Positions 17,285 to 24,612 of a stretch of 24,628 bases of DNA are shown one piece after another. Every line of letters starts with the position of its first letter. Positions within the stretch are counted from its first letter, which is position 1. Both the position numbers and the translations under genes were made by a program. Source of the stretch: Deltaproteobacteria bacterium TL4 (GTDB taxonomy: Bacteria > SAR324 > NAC60-12). Under the pieces are notes generated by a model. That model searched no databases. It was not told the origin of the DNA and saw nothing but the letters and a program-made list of their open reading frames with translations. Location: contig JBBCAX010000104.1 in assembly GCA_051382335.1 (NCBI GenBank), forward strand, positions 1-24,628. The letters run 5' to 3'.

Positions 17285-19492
17285 TTAAAGATAGAAATAA
17301 TGAAGTGAGGTATTCTGATCCCCTTTGGCTCGGTTTTGGTCGATGTTGAAAATCACGATCACTTCCGTTTCTATCTTGAGTTTTACGTTCATCACGACCA
17401 AGTCCGCGGTTTCAATCATCTGAAACAAACCTCGTCCAGCCCCTCCTTTCTTTTCATTTAAAGAGCCGGCTTTCCCCTCGTAACAACTTTGAAGGTAATC
17501 CAGAATAGTTCCCCGATCGAGCGCGCCAAAGGGATCCACGGTTGAAATCGCCAGCAGTACGCCGTCACAAGCGTAGGAAAAGGTGCCTTCCTCTTCGGGG
17601 GAAAGATAAACCGGAACAGTTCGTGGCAAATGATTGTAAATTGGCTTACCTGACGCATCTGTCGGCGCATCATAAATGGCATTCATCAAAAGTTCCTCAG
17701 CCACTATTTCGCATTTGGAGATGATGCTTTGGCGCAGACCCAGATCCTTAAAATGGGAGGCCATTTTATTGACTAAGTCTTCACGCTCGTTGCTGCCTTT
17801 AATGGGATGTTGAATGATATCCACCCCCCAATTTAAATATTTTTCGATTCCAAATAAATCTTGGCTGATTAACTTACTGATGGTGGTCGTAATATTTTTT
17901 AAGGTAAAATTTCGATCCTCCTCATTTCGGGAAACAATATTGGAAATGAACGGATTGGCCTTAAGAATCGGGAGGTAGGATGACGCATTTTCCGAGGTCA
18001 TCAGAACCGTTTGAACCTTCTCGTTTTTTTCTTTAGCGATCTGACATAAGCCTATCAATTCTATATTGGCACAGACTATATCGTAATGTTGTTCTTCAAT
18101 CTGTCTGATTCCCGCTTCCATGGTGTCCACAATATCCAATTTAACCCCGGTTCCTCCTAAGGCCAATTTTGCGACAATTTGCTGTTTTTTCGTGGTTTCC
18201 GCAAGCAGTACCCGCTTATTGCTGATGGCTTGTTCTGAAATATAGAGAGAGGTAATAGGACGTAAGGCTTCTTCCAGTTTATGCGCATTCCGGGTTATTT
18301 GTCGTAGGGGTTTGCCCATTTTCTTGCTTTTGAGTTGATGGAGTTCTGCCAAGGTCTCCAGGAGTTGTCTCAGGTGGGTGTCTTGTACCGTTCGCAGTTT
18401 TTCTAATATTTTAGTTTTTGTGGTGTGTAAATCTTCCAATTTCCGGTTACTGGCCGCAAGCGTTGTGTTTTGCTGTTCCAGTTGAGTCATTGATTCATGA
18501 AGAAGATTGGTCCGTTGTTCCACTTTCCGTTCCAATTTATAGGTTAACCCCAGGTTGCCCAAGGCAATGGCCAAAAATTGACAAAGGGTATCGGCATAAT
18601 GTTTTTCTTTTTCGTCTAAATGAAACGGAGCCTTGGAGTTGATTTTAATCAAACCAAGCAACGCCTTCTCACTTTGAATGGGCATTTGGAGGGTTTTGCC
18701 TTTTACGGTGCATCCCGCTTTTGCCTGGGTCAGGGATAGGGGGACTTTCCTTGAATAGGAATGATTGGTGTTCTGAATACCTTCGAGTTTTATGACAGGA
18801 ATCTCATTGATGGAGGGACTTGTTTTCATGGAAAACTTGGAATATCCGACTTCGTTTTTGTTGTTCTCTTCTCGAAAATAGATATCAACGTGTACCGATT
18901 GTCCCAAATAGAGTTCGTGAACAATAATATTTGAGGCTTGGATTAAGACGGTGAACGTATCTTTGGAGGAAGAGATGGCTTTGATCGCTTCCAACAAACG
19001 CTCTAATTGCAGATTCGCTTTTTTTAATTGCTGGGTATATTGCTTTTCTAGTTGTTCTCGTTCCTCCGCTTGACGGACCATTAATTTATTTTGCTGAGCA
19101 AGTCTGACAAAAACATCAACTTTGCTTCTTAAGATACGGATATCGATAGGTTTTAGTAAATAGTCTGAAGCCCCCGACTGGTATCCTTTCAGAATGTTGT
19201 CATCATCTTTAGAAAGTGCTGTCATAAAAATGACGACGGGTATGGGATTGAGTCCTTCTAACTTTTGAATGCGTGACATGGTTTCAAATCCATCCATGAT
19301 CGGCATGCTGACATCCAGAATGATTAAATCAAACAGGTCCTGTTTCAAATGTTCCAACGCTTGAACGCCCGAGAGTGCTTTATAGAACTGTCGATTTTCT
19401 TTTTTTAAAGCCTCTTCCAAGAAAAAAAGATTGTCAGGTTGATCATCAACGAGTAGGATCTTGATTAATGGATCATTGGAGTTTGTGGTCAT
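17285..19492 (-). CDS. Multidomain signalling protein: REC, GAF-like, coiled coil, degenerate REC, HATPase-like domain
   Basis: Intact N-terminal REC (LLVDD, ILDVSMP, FMTA, LLKP); GAF-like MPIQSEKALLGLIKI...F; second REC-like RVLLAE...YDIVCAN; C-terminal EELLMNAIYDA, VDPFG and GGAGRGL boxes. Confidence 0.85.
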   Translation of the reverse strand: MTTNSNDPLIKILLVDDQPDNLFFLEEALKKENRQFYKALSGVQALEHLKQDLFDLIILDVSMPIMDGFETMSRIQKLEGLNPIPVVIFMTALSKDDDNILKGYQSGASDYLLKPIDIRILRSKVDVFVRLAQQNKLMVRQAEEREQLEKQYTQQLKKANLQLERLLEAIKAISSSKDTFTVLIQASNIIVHELYLGQSVHVDIYFREENNKNEVGYSKFSMKTSPSINEIPVIKLEGIQNTNHSYSRKVPLSLTQAKAGCTVKGKTLQMPIQSEKALLGLIKINSKAPFHLDEKEKHYADTLCQFLAIALGNLGLTYKLERKVEQRTNLLHESMTQLEQQNTTLAASNRKLEDLHTTKTKILEKLRTVQDTHLRQLLETLAELHQLKSKKMGKPLRQITRNAHKLEEALRPITSLYISEQAISNKRVLLAETTKKQQIVAKLALGGTGVKLDIVDTMEAGIRQIEEQHYDIVCANIELIGLCQIAKEKNEKVQTVLMTSENASSYLPILKANPFISNIVSRNEEDRNFTLKNITTTISKLISQDLFGIEKYLNWGVDIIQHPIKGSNEREDLVNKMASHFKDLGLRQSIISKCEIVAEELLMNAIYDAPTDASGKPIYNHLPRTVPVYLSPEEEGTFSYACDGVLLAISTVDPFGALDRGTILDYLQSCYEGKAGSLNEKKGGAGRGLFQMIETADLVVMNVKLKIETEVIVIFNIDQNRAKGDQNTSLHYFYL

Positions 19493-19659
19493 TGTGGAGT
19501 CAAATTGGAGTTAGGGGTTAGGAAGTGTCCTGCTGTTCATTTTAAGTTGTTCGCTGTTCACCAGCTTAGTCCATAATCCATAAAAGGACAAACTCAAATT
19601 ACACACAGGGGAAACCTTCTTAGCGGCTACCCCTTAAAACGTTATCAGGAAGGAAAAAA

Positions 19660-20322
19660 GTGGCAACACTCGGGATCATCTGTCCTCTAAAGGTTGAAGC
19701 CGAACCTTTATTGAAATGGAACACAAATCCTCAGACGTATCGTTACAAAGAGCGGACCTGGGCAAAACTCGAATTAGGATCACATACGGTCATTCTTGTG
19801 GTTAGCAAAATAGGAAAACGAAACACCGAAGTTGCGACAAAAGCACTGATAGCCGAGCATAGACCTCAAATTATGATCAATTTTGGTAGTGCGGGGGCCA
19901 TTTCCCCCCAGATAAAAGTTGGCGAGATAGTGGTTGCTAATGCAACCGCTGAGTATTTAAGAAAGGCACCTTATTGTAACCTCGCTCTGGTCTCTGAGGG
20001 ACTACTCCAACCCGCACGATCTTTCCCTCAAATAAGGATTGGTCCCATCGTTTCTGCCAATAAAATCATCAACAACGAGTCAATGAAGTTGAAACTCTAT
20101 GAACGCTATCAAGCTTTGTGTGGTGATTGGGAAAGTGGTGTGTTTATGCGTGTATGCCAGGAAGCAAAAGTACCTGGTGTTCCTTTTCGAGTGGTTACAG
20201 ACCTGGGAAACGCAAAGGCGATTGCGGACTTTATGAAAAACCATAAAAAAGCACTAGCCCTTGCTTCGCAAACATTAAAAGCGTATTTAGGACACCTTGA
20301 AACGGGTTTATGGCCGGGATGA
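19660..20322 (+). CDS. MTA/SAH nucleosidase-like protein (PNP/UDP phosphorylase family)
   Basis: GII.P..VE, SKIGK, INFGSAGAI, VGEIVVA, GPIVS, DWES and FRVVTD align with MTAN motifs; GTG start after AGGAAGGA. Confidence 0.85.
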   Translation: MATLGIICPLKVEAEPLLKWNTNPQTYRYKERTWAKLELGSHTVILVVSKIGKRNTEVATKALIAEHRPQIMINFGSAGAISPQIKVGEIVVANATAEYLRKAPYCNLALVSEGLLQPARSFPQIRIGPIVSANKIINNESMKLKLYERYQALCGDWESGVFMRVCQEAKVPGVPFRVVTDLGNAKAIADFMKNHKKALALASQTLKAYLGHLETGLWPG

Positions 20323-20326
20323 TGAG

Positions 20327-21385
20327 CTAGTCTTGATTGCTCACTCCGGCAGAGCTGAAGGTTGCCATTTCATTATACATTTTGACAGAAGCTTCAATCA
20401 AACTCATCGCAAGAGCGGCCCCTGTGCCTTCACCCAATCGCATCTGTAAATCCAGAAGAGGCGTCACACCAAACTTATTGAGGAAGGTTGTATGTCCCGC
20501 TTCTTGAGATCGGTGACTGAAGAATAAATAGTCCTTAACGTTTTCATTGATTAAACACGCAACCATTGCACCAGCGGATGAAATAAACCCATCCACAACC
20601 ACTGGGACTTTTCTGGAAGCTCCTCCTAAAATCAGACCACAAATTCCAGCGATTTCCAGCCCGCCAACAGCGGCCATCACGCTGAGGGGATCGGTGAGTC
20701 GTTCTTTGTTGACTTCAAGCGCTTTTTTAATAACCTCGATTTTATTTTTCAAAGCGGCATCTCCAATTCCTGTTCCCCGTCCTGTGATCTCTTCAACGGC
20801 GCAAGGCAGTAACGTCGCTAAAATTGCTGATGACGGAGTGGTGTTCGCAATGCCCATATCGCCTGTTCCCAGAAGATCCACGCCGTTATCTGCGGCCTCT
20901 TGGGCTAACTGAGCTCCTGTCAAAATTGCCAGTTCTGCTTCCGCGACTGTCATTGCGGGGCCTTTGGCAATGTTATCAGTGCCTTTTTTTATCTTTTTGT
21001 GATAAAGGCCTTTCATGCCTTCCAAATCCGCGTTGACCCCCATATCCACAATACCGATTTCCGCGCCAACATGTCTGGCAAAAACATTGATTGCCGCTCC
21101 ACCTGCCAGAAAATTGGCAACCATTTGTGGTGTGACTTCCTTGGGAAACAACGAAACCCCCTCATCCGCAACGCCATGATCCCCCGCAAAGGTGAAGATC
21201 TTCTTTTTCTTTAGTTGAGGCTTACTGGTATTCCGTGCCAAACAATATTGTTTAACACAGTCCTCCAGGCGTCCAAGGCTTCCAGGCGGCTTGGTCAGAT
21301 CATTAAGGTGGGCCTCCACTTCAGGCTGTAAGGCTTGATTCACAGGTTGTATGGATTCAATAATTTTTTTTAACTGTTCATTCAT
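20327..21385 (-). CDS. cobT: Nicotinate-nucleotide:dimethylbenzimidazole phosphoribosyltransferase
   Basis: LTKPPGSLGRLE, FAGDHGV, GDMGIANTT, GRGTG, VDGFI and MRLGEGTGA motifs. Confidence 0.97.
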   Translation of the reverse strand: MNEQLKKIIESIQPVNQALQPEVEAHLNDLTKPPGSLGRLEDCVKQYCLARNTSKPQLKKKKIFTFAGDHGVADEGVSLFPKEVTPQMVANFLAGGAAINVFARHVGAEIGIVDMGVNADLEGMKGLYHKKIKKGTDNIAKGPAMTVAEAELAILTGAQLAQEAADNGVDLLGTGDMGIANTTPSSAILATLLPCAVEEITGRGTGIGDAALKNKIEVIKKALEVNKERLTDPLSVMAAVGGLEIAGICGLILGGASRKVPVVVDGFISSAGAMVACLINENVKDYLFFSHRSQEAGHTTFLNKFGVTPLLDLQMRLGEGTGAALAMSLIEASVKMYNEMATFSSAGVSNQD

Positions 21386-21398
21386 CTTGAACCTTTTC

Positions 21399-21914
21399 TT
21401 ATTTGAGTTTTAAGGGAATTCCGCTCACCGTCAAATACACTTGATGTGCGATTTGTGCGGTTTCTTGATTTAATCGGCCCGCATAATCTCTAAACTTTCG
21501 AGACAAGGCATCGGAGGGAACAATGCCCATACCAATTTCGTTGCTAACAATGATCAAATCACACAAGGGATCGGTGATCACCTTGAGAAATTCTGAAATT
21601 TCAGGAAAGGTTCCCGCCTTTTCAGTGCGATGATACATCAGATTGCCTAGCCAAACGGTGAGACAATCAATCACAGCGACTTCAATGGTTGAAGGCAAAT
21701 GGAGTAACGTTTTCGCGATATCCAAAGGTTCTTCAAGCGTTAAAAAATCTGAACCTCGGTCTTGTTGATGCTGGTGAATTCTTTCCCGCATTTCATCATC
21801 CATCGCTTCCGCTGTCGCGAGAAACGCTTTATTTTGATAGGCTTGGGCTAATTGAAGGGCATAATTGCTTTTACCGCTTCGACTGCCTCCGGTGATCATC
21901 ATTATTTTTTTCAT
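21399..21914 (-). CDS. cobU: Adenosylcobinamide kinase / adenosylcobinamide-phosphate guanylyltransferase (CobU/CobP)
   Basis: P-loop GGSRSGKS, RI..HQ.DRG, DCLTVWL.N, VSNEIGMGIVP, FRD.AG.LNQ, VSGIP. Confidence 0.97.
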   Translation of the reverse strand: MKKIMMITGGSRSGKSNYALQLAQAYQNKAFLATAEAMDDEMRERIHQHQQDRGSDFLTLEEPLDIAKTLLHLPSTIEVAVIDCLTVWLGNLMYHRTEKAGTFPEISEFLKVITDPLCDLIIVSNEIGMGIVPSDALSRKFRDYAGRLNQETAQIAHQVYLTVSGIPLKLK

Positions 21915-21932
21915 AGAAGGGCTTTCTTAAGG

Positions 21933-22913
21933 CTATGCTAATAACCAGAGCAGAGCTACAAACAGTGCTGTTGAAAAATACACTGAAAATGAAATTAATT
22001 GTAAACTCAGTTGAATATGCGTCAGCGTTACGTTTTTTGTCCCCTCTCCAAGCCAGGCTTTTTCGACTTTGCCAAAAGGATAAATTCCGGGTCCGCCAAG
22101 TTGGATATTCAAGGCTCCCGCAATACAACTTTCAGGGTGTCCTGAATTAGGGGATTTATGTTTTAAGCGATCTCTCCATCCAATCACCCATGCCCCCTTA
22201 TAATCCTGTTTGTGAAACCATGCGGAAAGCACCAGCAATGGAATTCCCAAACGGGCAGGCATAAAATTGAGGTAATCATCCAATTTGGCGCTGACGAAGC
22301 CAAACTGTTGATAGCGTTCATTCTGATAACCGACCATGGCATCCAGAGTATTGCTTACCCGGTAAAACAACACACAGGAAAGTGCACCAGTTAAAGAATT
22401 GTACCCCAGAGGGTGCGTGATTAAGGCTCCCACGGTAAACCAAAACAGCGGAGCCAGATAACTGTCAACATAGTTTTCAGCCACACTTTCAATAGTCGCA
22501 CGGGCAACGCCTGGTTCGTCTAATTGCTTCGCGTCTCGTCCAATCATCTTTTGAACGGCGTCTTGAGCCTGTGCCAAATCCTTTGCTTCAAGCTTTGCTT
22601 TTACAGCGTTTGCATGTTCCAGCAAATCCTTAAACGCAATGCAGGAATAAAGCAGGAACAGTTCCAGTATCCATCGGTATTCTTGCAGCAGATTGCCAAG
22701 GAGAAGATAGGTTCCAAGCACACTGGTATGCATCAGGAGCACTAACAGGAAACCACCGAAATATCCCGATAGCTGAATTCGTCTTAAGCCTTGCTCCAGT
22801 TGTTGAATCAACCCTCCCATAATCCGTACTGGATGAAGAGGATAGACAGGGTCTCCCCAAATAATATCCAGCAGAAAGGCACCCGATAAAATCACAGCAG
22901 AGGATTGTAACAT
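21933..22913 (-). CDS. cbiB: Adenosylcobinamide-phosphate synthase CbiB (CobD/CbiB family)
   Basis: LDIIWGDP...HPVRIMG, ESVAEN, NTLDAMVGY, AKLDD..NFMPAR, SPNSGHPE, GGP..Y; multiple TM segments. Start placed at ATG 22913; the ORF is open to 23021 but the extension looks non-homologous. Confidence 0.94.
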   Translation of the reverse strand: MLQSSAVILSGAFLLDIIWGDPVYPLHPVRIMGGLIQQLEQGLRRIQLSGYFGGFLLVLLMHTSVLGTYLLLGNLLQEYRWILELFLLYSCIAFKDLLEHANAVKAKLEAKDLAQAQDAVQKMIGRDAKQLDEPGVARATIESVAENYVDSYLAPLFWFTVGALITHPLGYNSLTGALSCVLFYRVSNTLDAMVGYQNERYQQFGFVSAKLDDYLNFMPARLGIPLLVLSAWFHKQDYKGAWVIGWRDRLKHKSPNSGHPESCIAGALNIQLGGPGIYPFGKVEKAWLGEGTKNVTLTHIQLSLQLISFSVYFSTALFVALLWLLA

Positions 22914-23123
22914 AGTTTTAATTATGAACTGGGTGATGAAAGCCTCCGGCGGCAAGCTTTGAAAAGCTTGACCCAATTTTTTAGAACTTGGAAGAAACTC
23001 TCCGAAGAAGACATTAGACATCTTTTCAAAATAGAACCTGGATTTTAAAGGATTTGTGGGTATGAGCCTCCTCCTTTACAGCTTTTCAGAATTTCAAATA
23101 CATTGTAAGGAGGACCAATGAGC

Positions 23124-23317
23124 TATAGAGGTTCATTTAAATAAATTCAGAAAACTCATCCTGTTGCGTGATCCGTTTAAACAACGCTGTTTCAGGAGTG
23201 CCAAAGCTTGCTTTGGCCAGAAAGGCGAAGGCTTTTCTTGGGCTTTGGCCAAAGCTTGCTTTGGCACTCCACAGTCTGGGTTAGACTCAAAGGAATTTAT
23301 TTAAATGAACGTCTATA
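23124..23317. mobile_element. 194-bp MITE-like element, copy A
   Basis: 25-bp terminal IR TATAGA(G/C)GTTCATTTAAATAAATTC with 1 mismatch; internal inverted GGAGT-GCCAAAGC-NN-GCTTTGGC doublet; near-identical second copy at 23772-23965. Confidence 0.9.
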
Positions 23318-23331
23318 CTTTGATCAACTGA

Positions 23332-23432
23332 TAGTGTTTCAGAAAAGTATTTTGTGCTGGGAGCGCAGGCGTCCCGCCTGCTTTTGCGGACAAGATGCCC
23401 GCGTTTCCAGGAAAGACTTATCTGAAAGTCTA
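23332..23432. mobile_element. Degenerate MITE-like element carrying a REP-like doublet
   Basis: Ends TAGTGTTTCAGAAAAGT / ACTTATCTGAAAGTCTA (14/17 IR); inside, CTGGGAGCGCAGGCGTCCCGCCTGC and the inverted GCGGACAAGATGCCCGCGTTTCCAG. Confidence 0.7.
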
Positions 23433-23510
23433 TAGATGACCAGAAAAGTTTTGTCTCGGGGAGAGGGCAAGAAGCCCACGCTCCCAAGACAAAACTTTCC
23501 TCGAGTGCTA
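23433..23510. mobile_element. Degenerate MITE-like element abutting the previous one
   Basis: Starts TAGATGACCAGAAAAGT (shares CAGAAAAGT with 23332); perfect 12-bp IR AAAGTTTTGTCT (23445-23456 / 23487-23498); carries GGGCAAGAAGCCCACGCTCCCA; ends GCTA. Confidence 0.65.
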
Positions 23511-23771
23511 TACTTAATAAGTGAACAGGTCTTAAAAAAAGACGCAAGGAAGAAAAAGAAAAACCGCTTGGAGGCTCAGCAAGGGACAGCGTCCAAAAAC
23601 CAACTGTTCCGAAAAATTAAAATTTGAAGAAGGCCGCTATCGTTTGACATAGCGTTTTTGTAATGTTAGTGAAAAATTTAACAGGGGCGCATCCAACCGA
23701 TGGGGGAGTGTCTTGAGATACCTAAGGGGGTTTCCTGATTTTGCCTATAGAGTTTGGGAAATTAAACGACC

Positions 23772-23965
23772 TATAGACGTTCATTTAAATAAATTCCTTT
23801 GAGTCTAACCCAGACTGTGGAGTGCCAAAGCAAGCTTTGGCCAAAGCCCAAGAAAGGCCTTCGCCTTTCTGGCCAAAGCAAGCTTTGGCACTCCTGAAAC
23901 AGCGTTGTTTAAACGGATCTCGCAACAGGATGAGTTTTCTGAATTTATTTAAATGAACATCTATA
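23772..23965. mobile_element. 194-bp MITE-like element, copy B (inverted relative to copy A)
   Basis: Reverse complement of 23124-23317 with 3 substitutions by manual comparison; same terminal IR. Confidence 0.9.
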
Positions 23966-24007
23966 GTAGAAAAGTCGTCTCGTCTCTTTTTACAAAGGGG
24001 GTTTAAA

Positions 24008-24274
24008 ATGTTTGACTTTCTCTTGAGCGGCTGGCACGTTTTCCGCACCGCACCGCACCGCACCGCACCGCACCGCACCGCACCGCACCGCACCGCACCG
24101 CACCGCACCGCACCGCACCCGCTATTTTATCATTCTGACCAATCATTTCGCGCCTTTGCTCCAGTCCTCTCTTTTATTTTAAGAAAAATTTCCGTCCCGC
24201 TCTACTTCGTCGGTTTTCTGCTGATGTTCGCGTCTCCTGCCAGAGCTGGTCCGCTCTATGATATTTTGTCATAA
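24008..24274 (+). CDS. Putative short ORF or gene remnant containing a pentanucleotide repeat and a signal-peptide-like C-terminal half
   Basis: AAAGGGGG upstream of the ATG; RTAPH repeats; RKISVPLYFVGFLLMFASPARA-G (basic, hydrophobic, AxA); stop 8 codons after the putative cleavage site. Confidence 0.4.
   Translation: MFDFLLSGWHVFRTAPHRTAPHRTAPHRTAPHRTAPHPLFYHSDQSFRAFAPVLSFILRKISVPLYFVGFLLMFASPARAGPLYDILS
24043..24117. repeat. Microsatellite (CCGCA)15
   Basis: 15 perfect tandem CCGCA units counted directly. Confidence 0.98.
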
Positions 24275-24306
24275 TATTGCAAACAGTTGAAATTAAAGGA
24301 TAAAAA

Positions 24307-24396
24307 ATGGTATGGTGGGACTACGTGCCCGCCAAAAACGCGCAAAACAAGGGTATTTCCCTGTTTTTCCCGGGGCACGTAGTCCCCGGCTACCAT
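24307..24396. repeat. GTAG-type REP doublet (REPIN-like) 1
   Basis: Perfect 14-bp IR GGGACTACGTGCCC (24317-24330 / 24373-24386) with outer ATGGTA/TACCAT; the right unit reads GTAG-CCGGGG-ACTACGTG-CCCCGG on the minus strand. Confidence 0.85.
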
Positions 24397-24555
24397 CACA
24401 GGCGGGTATCCAGGTTTGTAGTCCCAGCTAAAGGCGGAACTACGAGCTTTTCTTCATGATTTCATAAAAAGTCACTATTAACTAGTGGTGCTAGTTTGAT
24501 AGGCTACTCACTTAAGCTACATGAGACAAGTCTCACAACGAAGCATGAAAGTAAT

Positions 24556-24612
24556 TGGTAGGCCGGGATTACATGCCCGGCAAAATGAGGGGCACGTAGT
24601 CCCCTTCTACCA
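24556..24612. repeat. GTAG-type REP doublet (REPIN-like) 2
   Basis: TGGTAG-GCCGGG-ATTACATG-CCCGGC and, on the minus strand, TGGTAG-AAGGGG-ACTACGTG-CCCCTC, separated by AAAAT. Confidence 0.85.

Noticed and set aside
23208..23627. Short ORFs 23208-23435, 23287-23547 and 23436-23627
   Set aside because: They run through repeat elements and show no recognisable domain or good start context.
22914..23771. Cobalamin or c-di-GMP riboswitch upstream of cbiB
   Set aside because: No B12-box or GGGAA/CCCGCCACTG core seen on the minus strand; the GGCAAAATCAGGAAAC near 23730-23745 lacks the remaining GEMM helices.
23785..24108. 107-aa minus-strand ORF (RCGAV repeats)
   Set aside because: Translation of the microsatellite and MITE copy B, with no protein-like features.
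23124..24612. CRISPR array
   Set aside because: The repeats are inverted or palindromic and irregularly spaced; there is no direct-repeat/unique-spacer periodicity and no cas gene.
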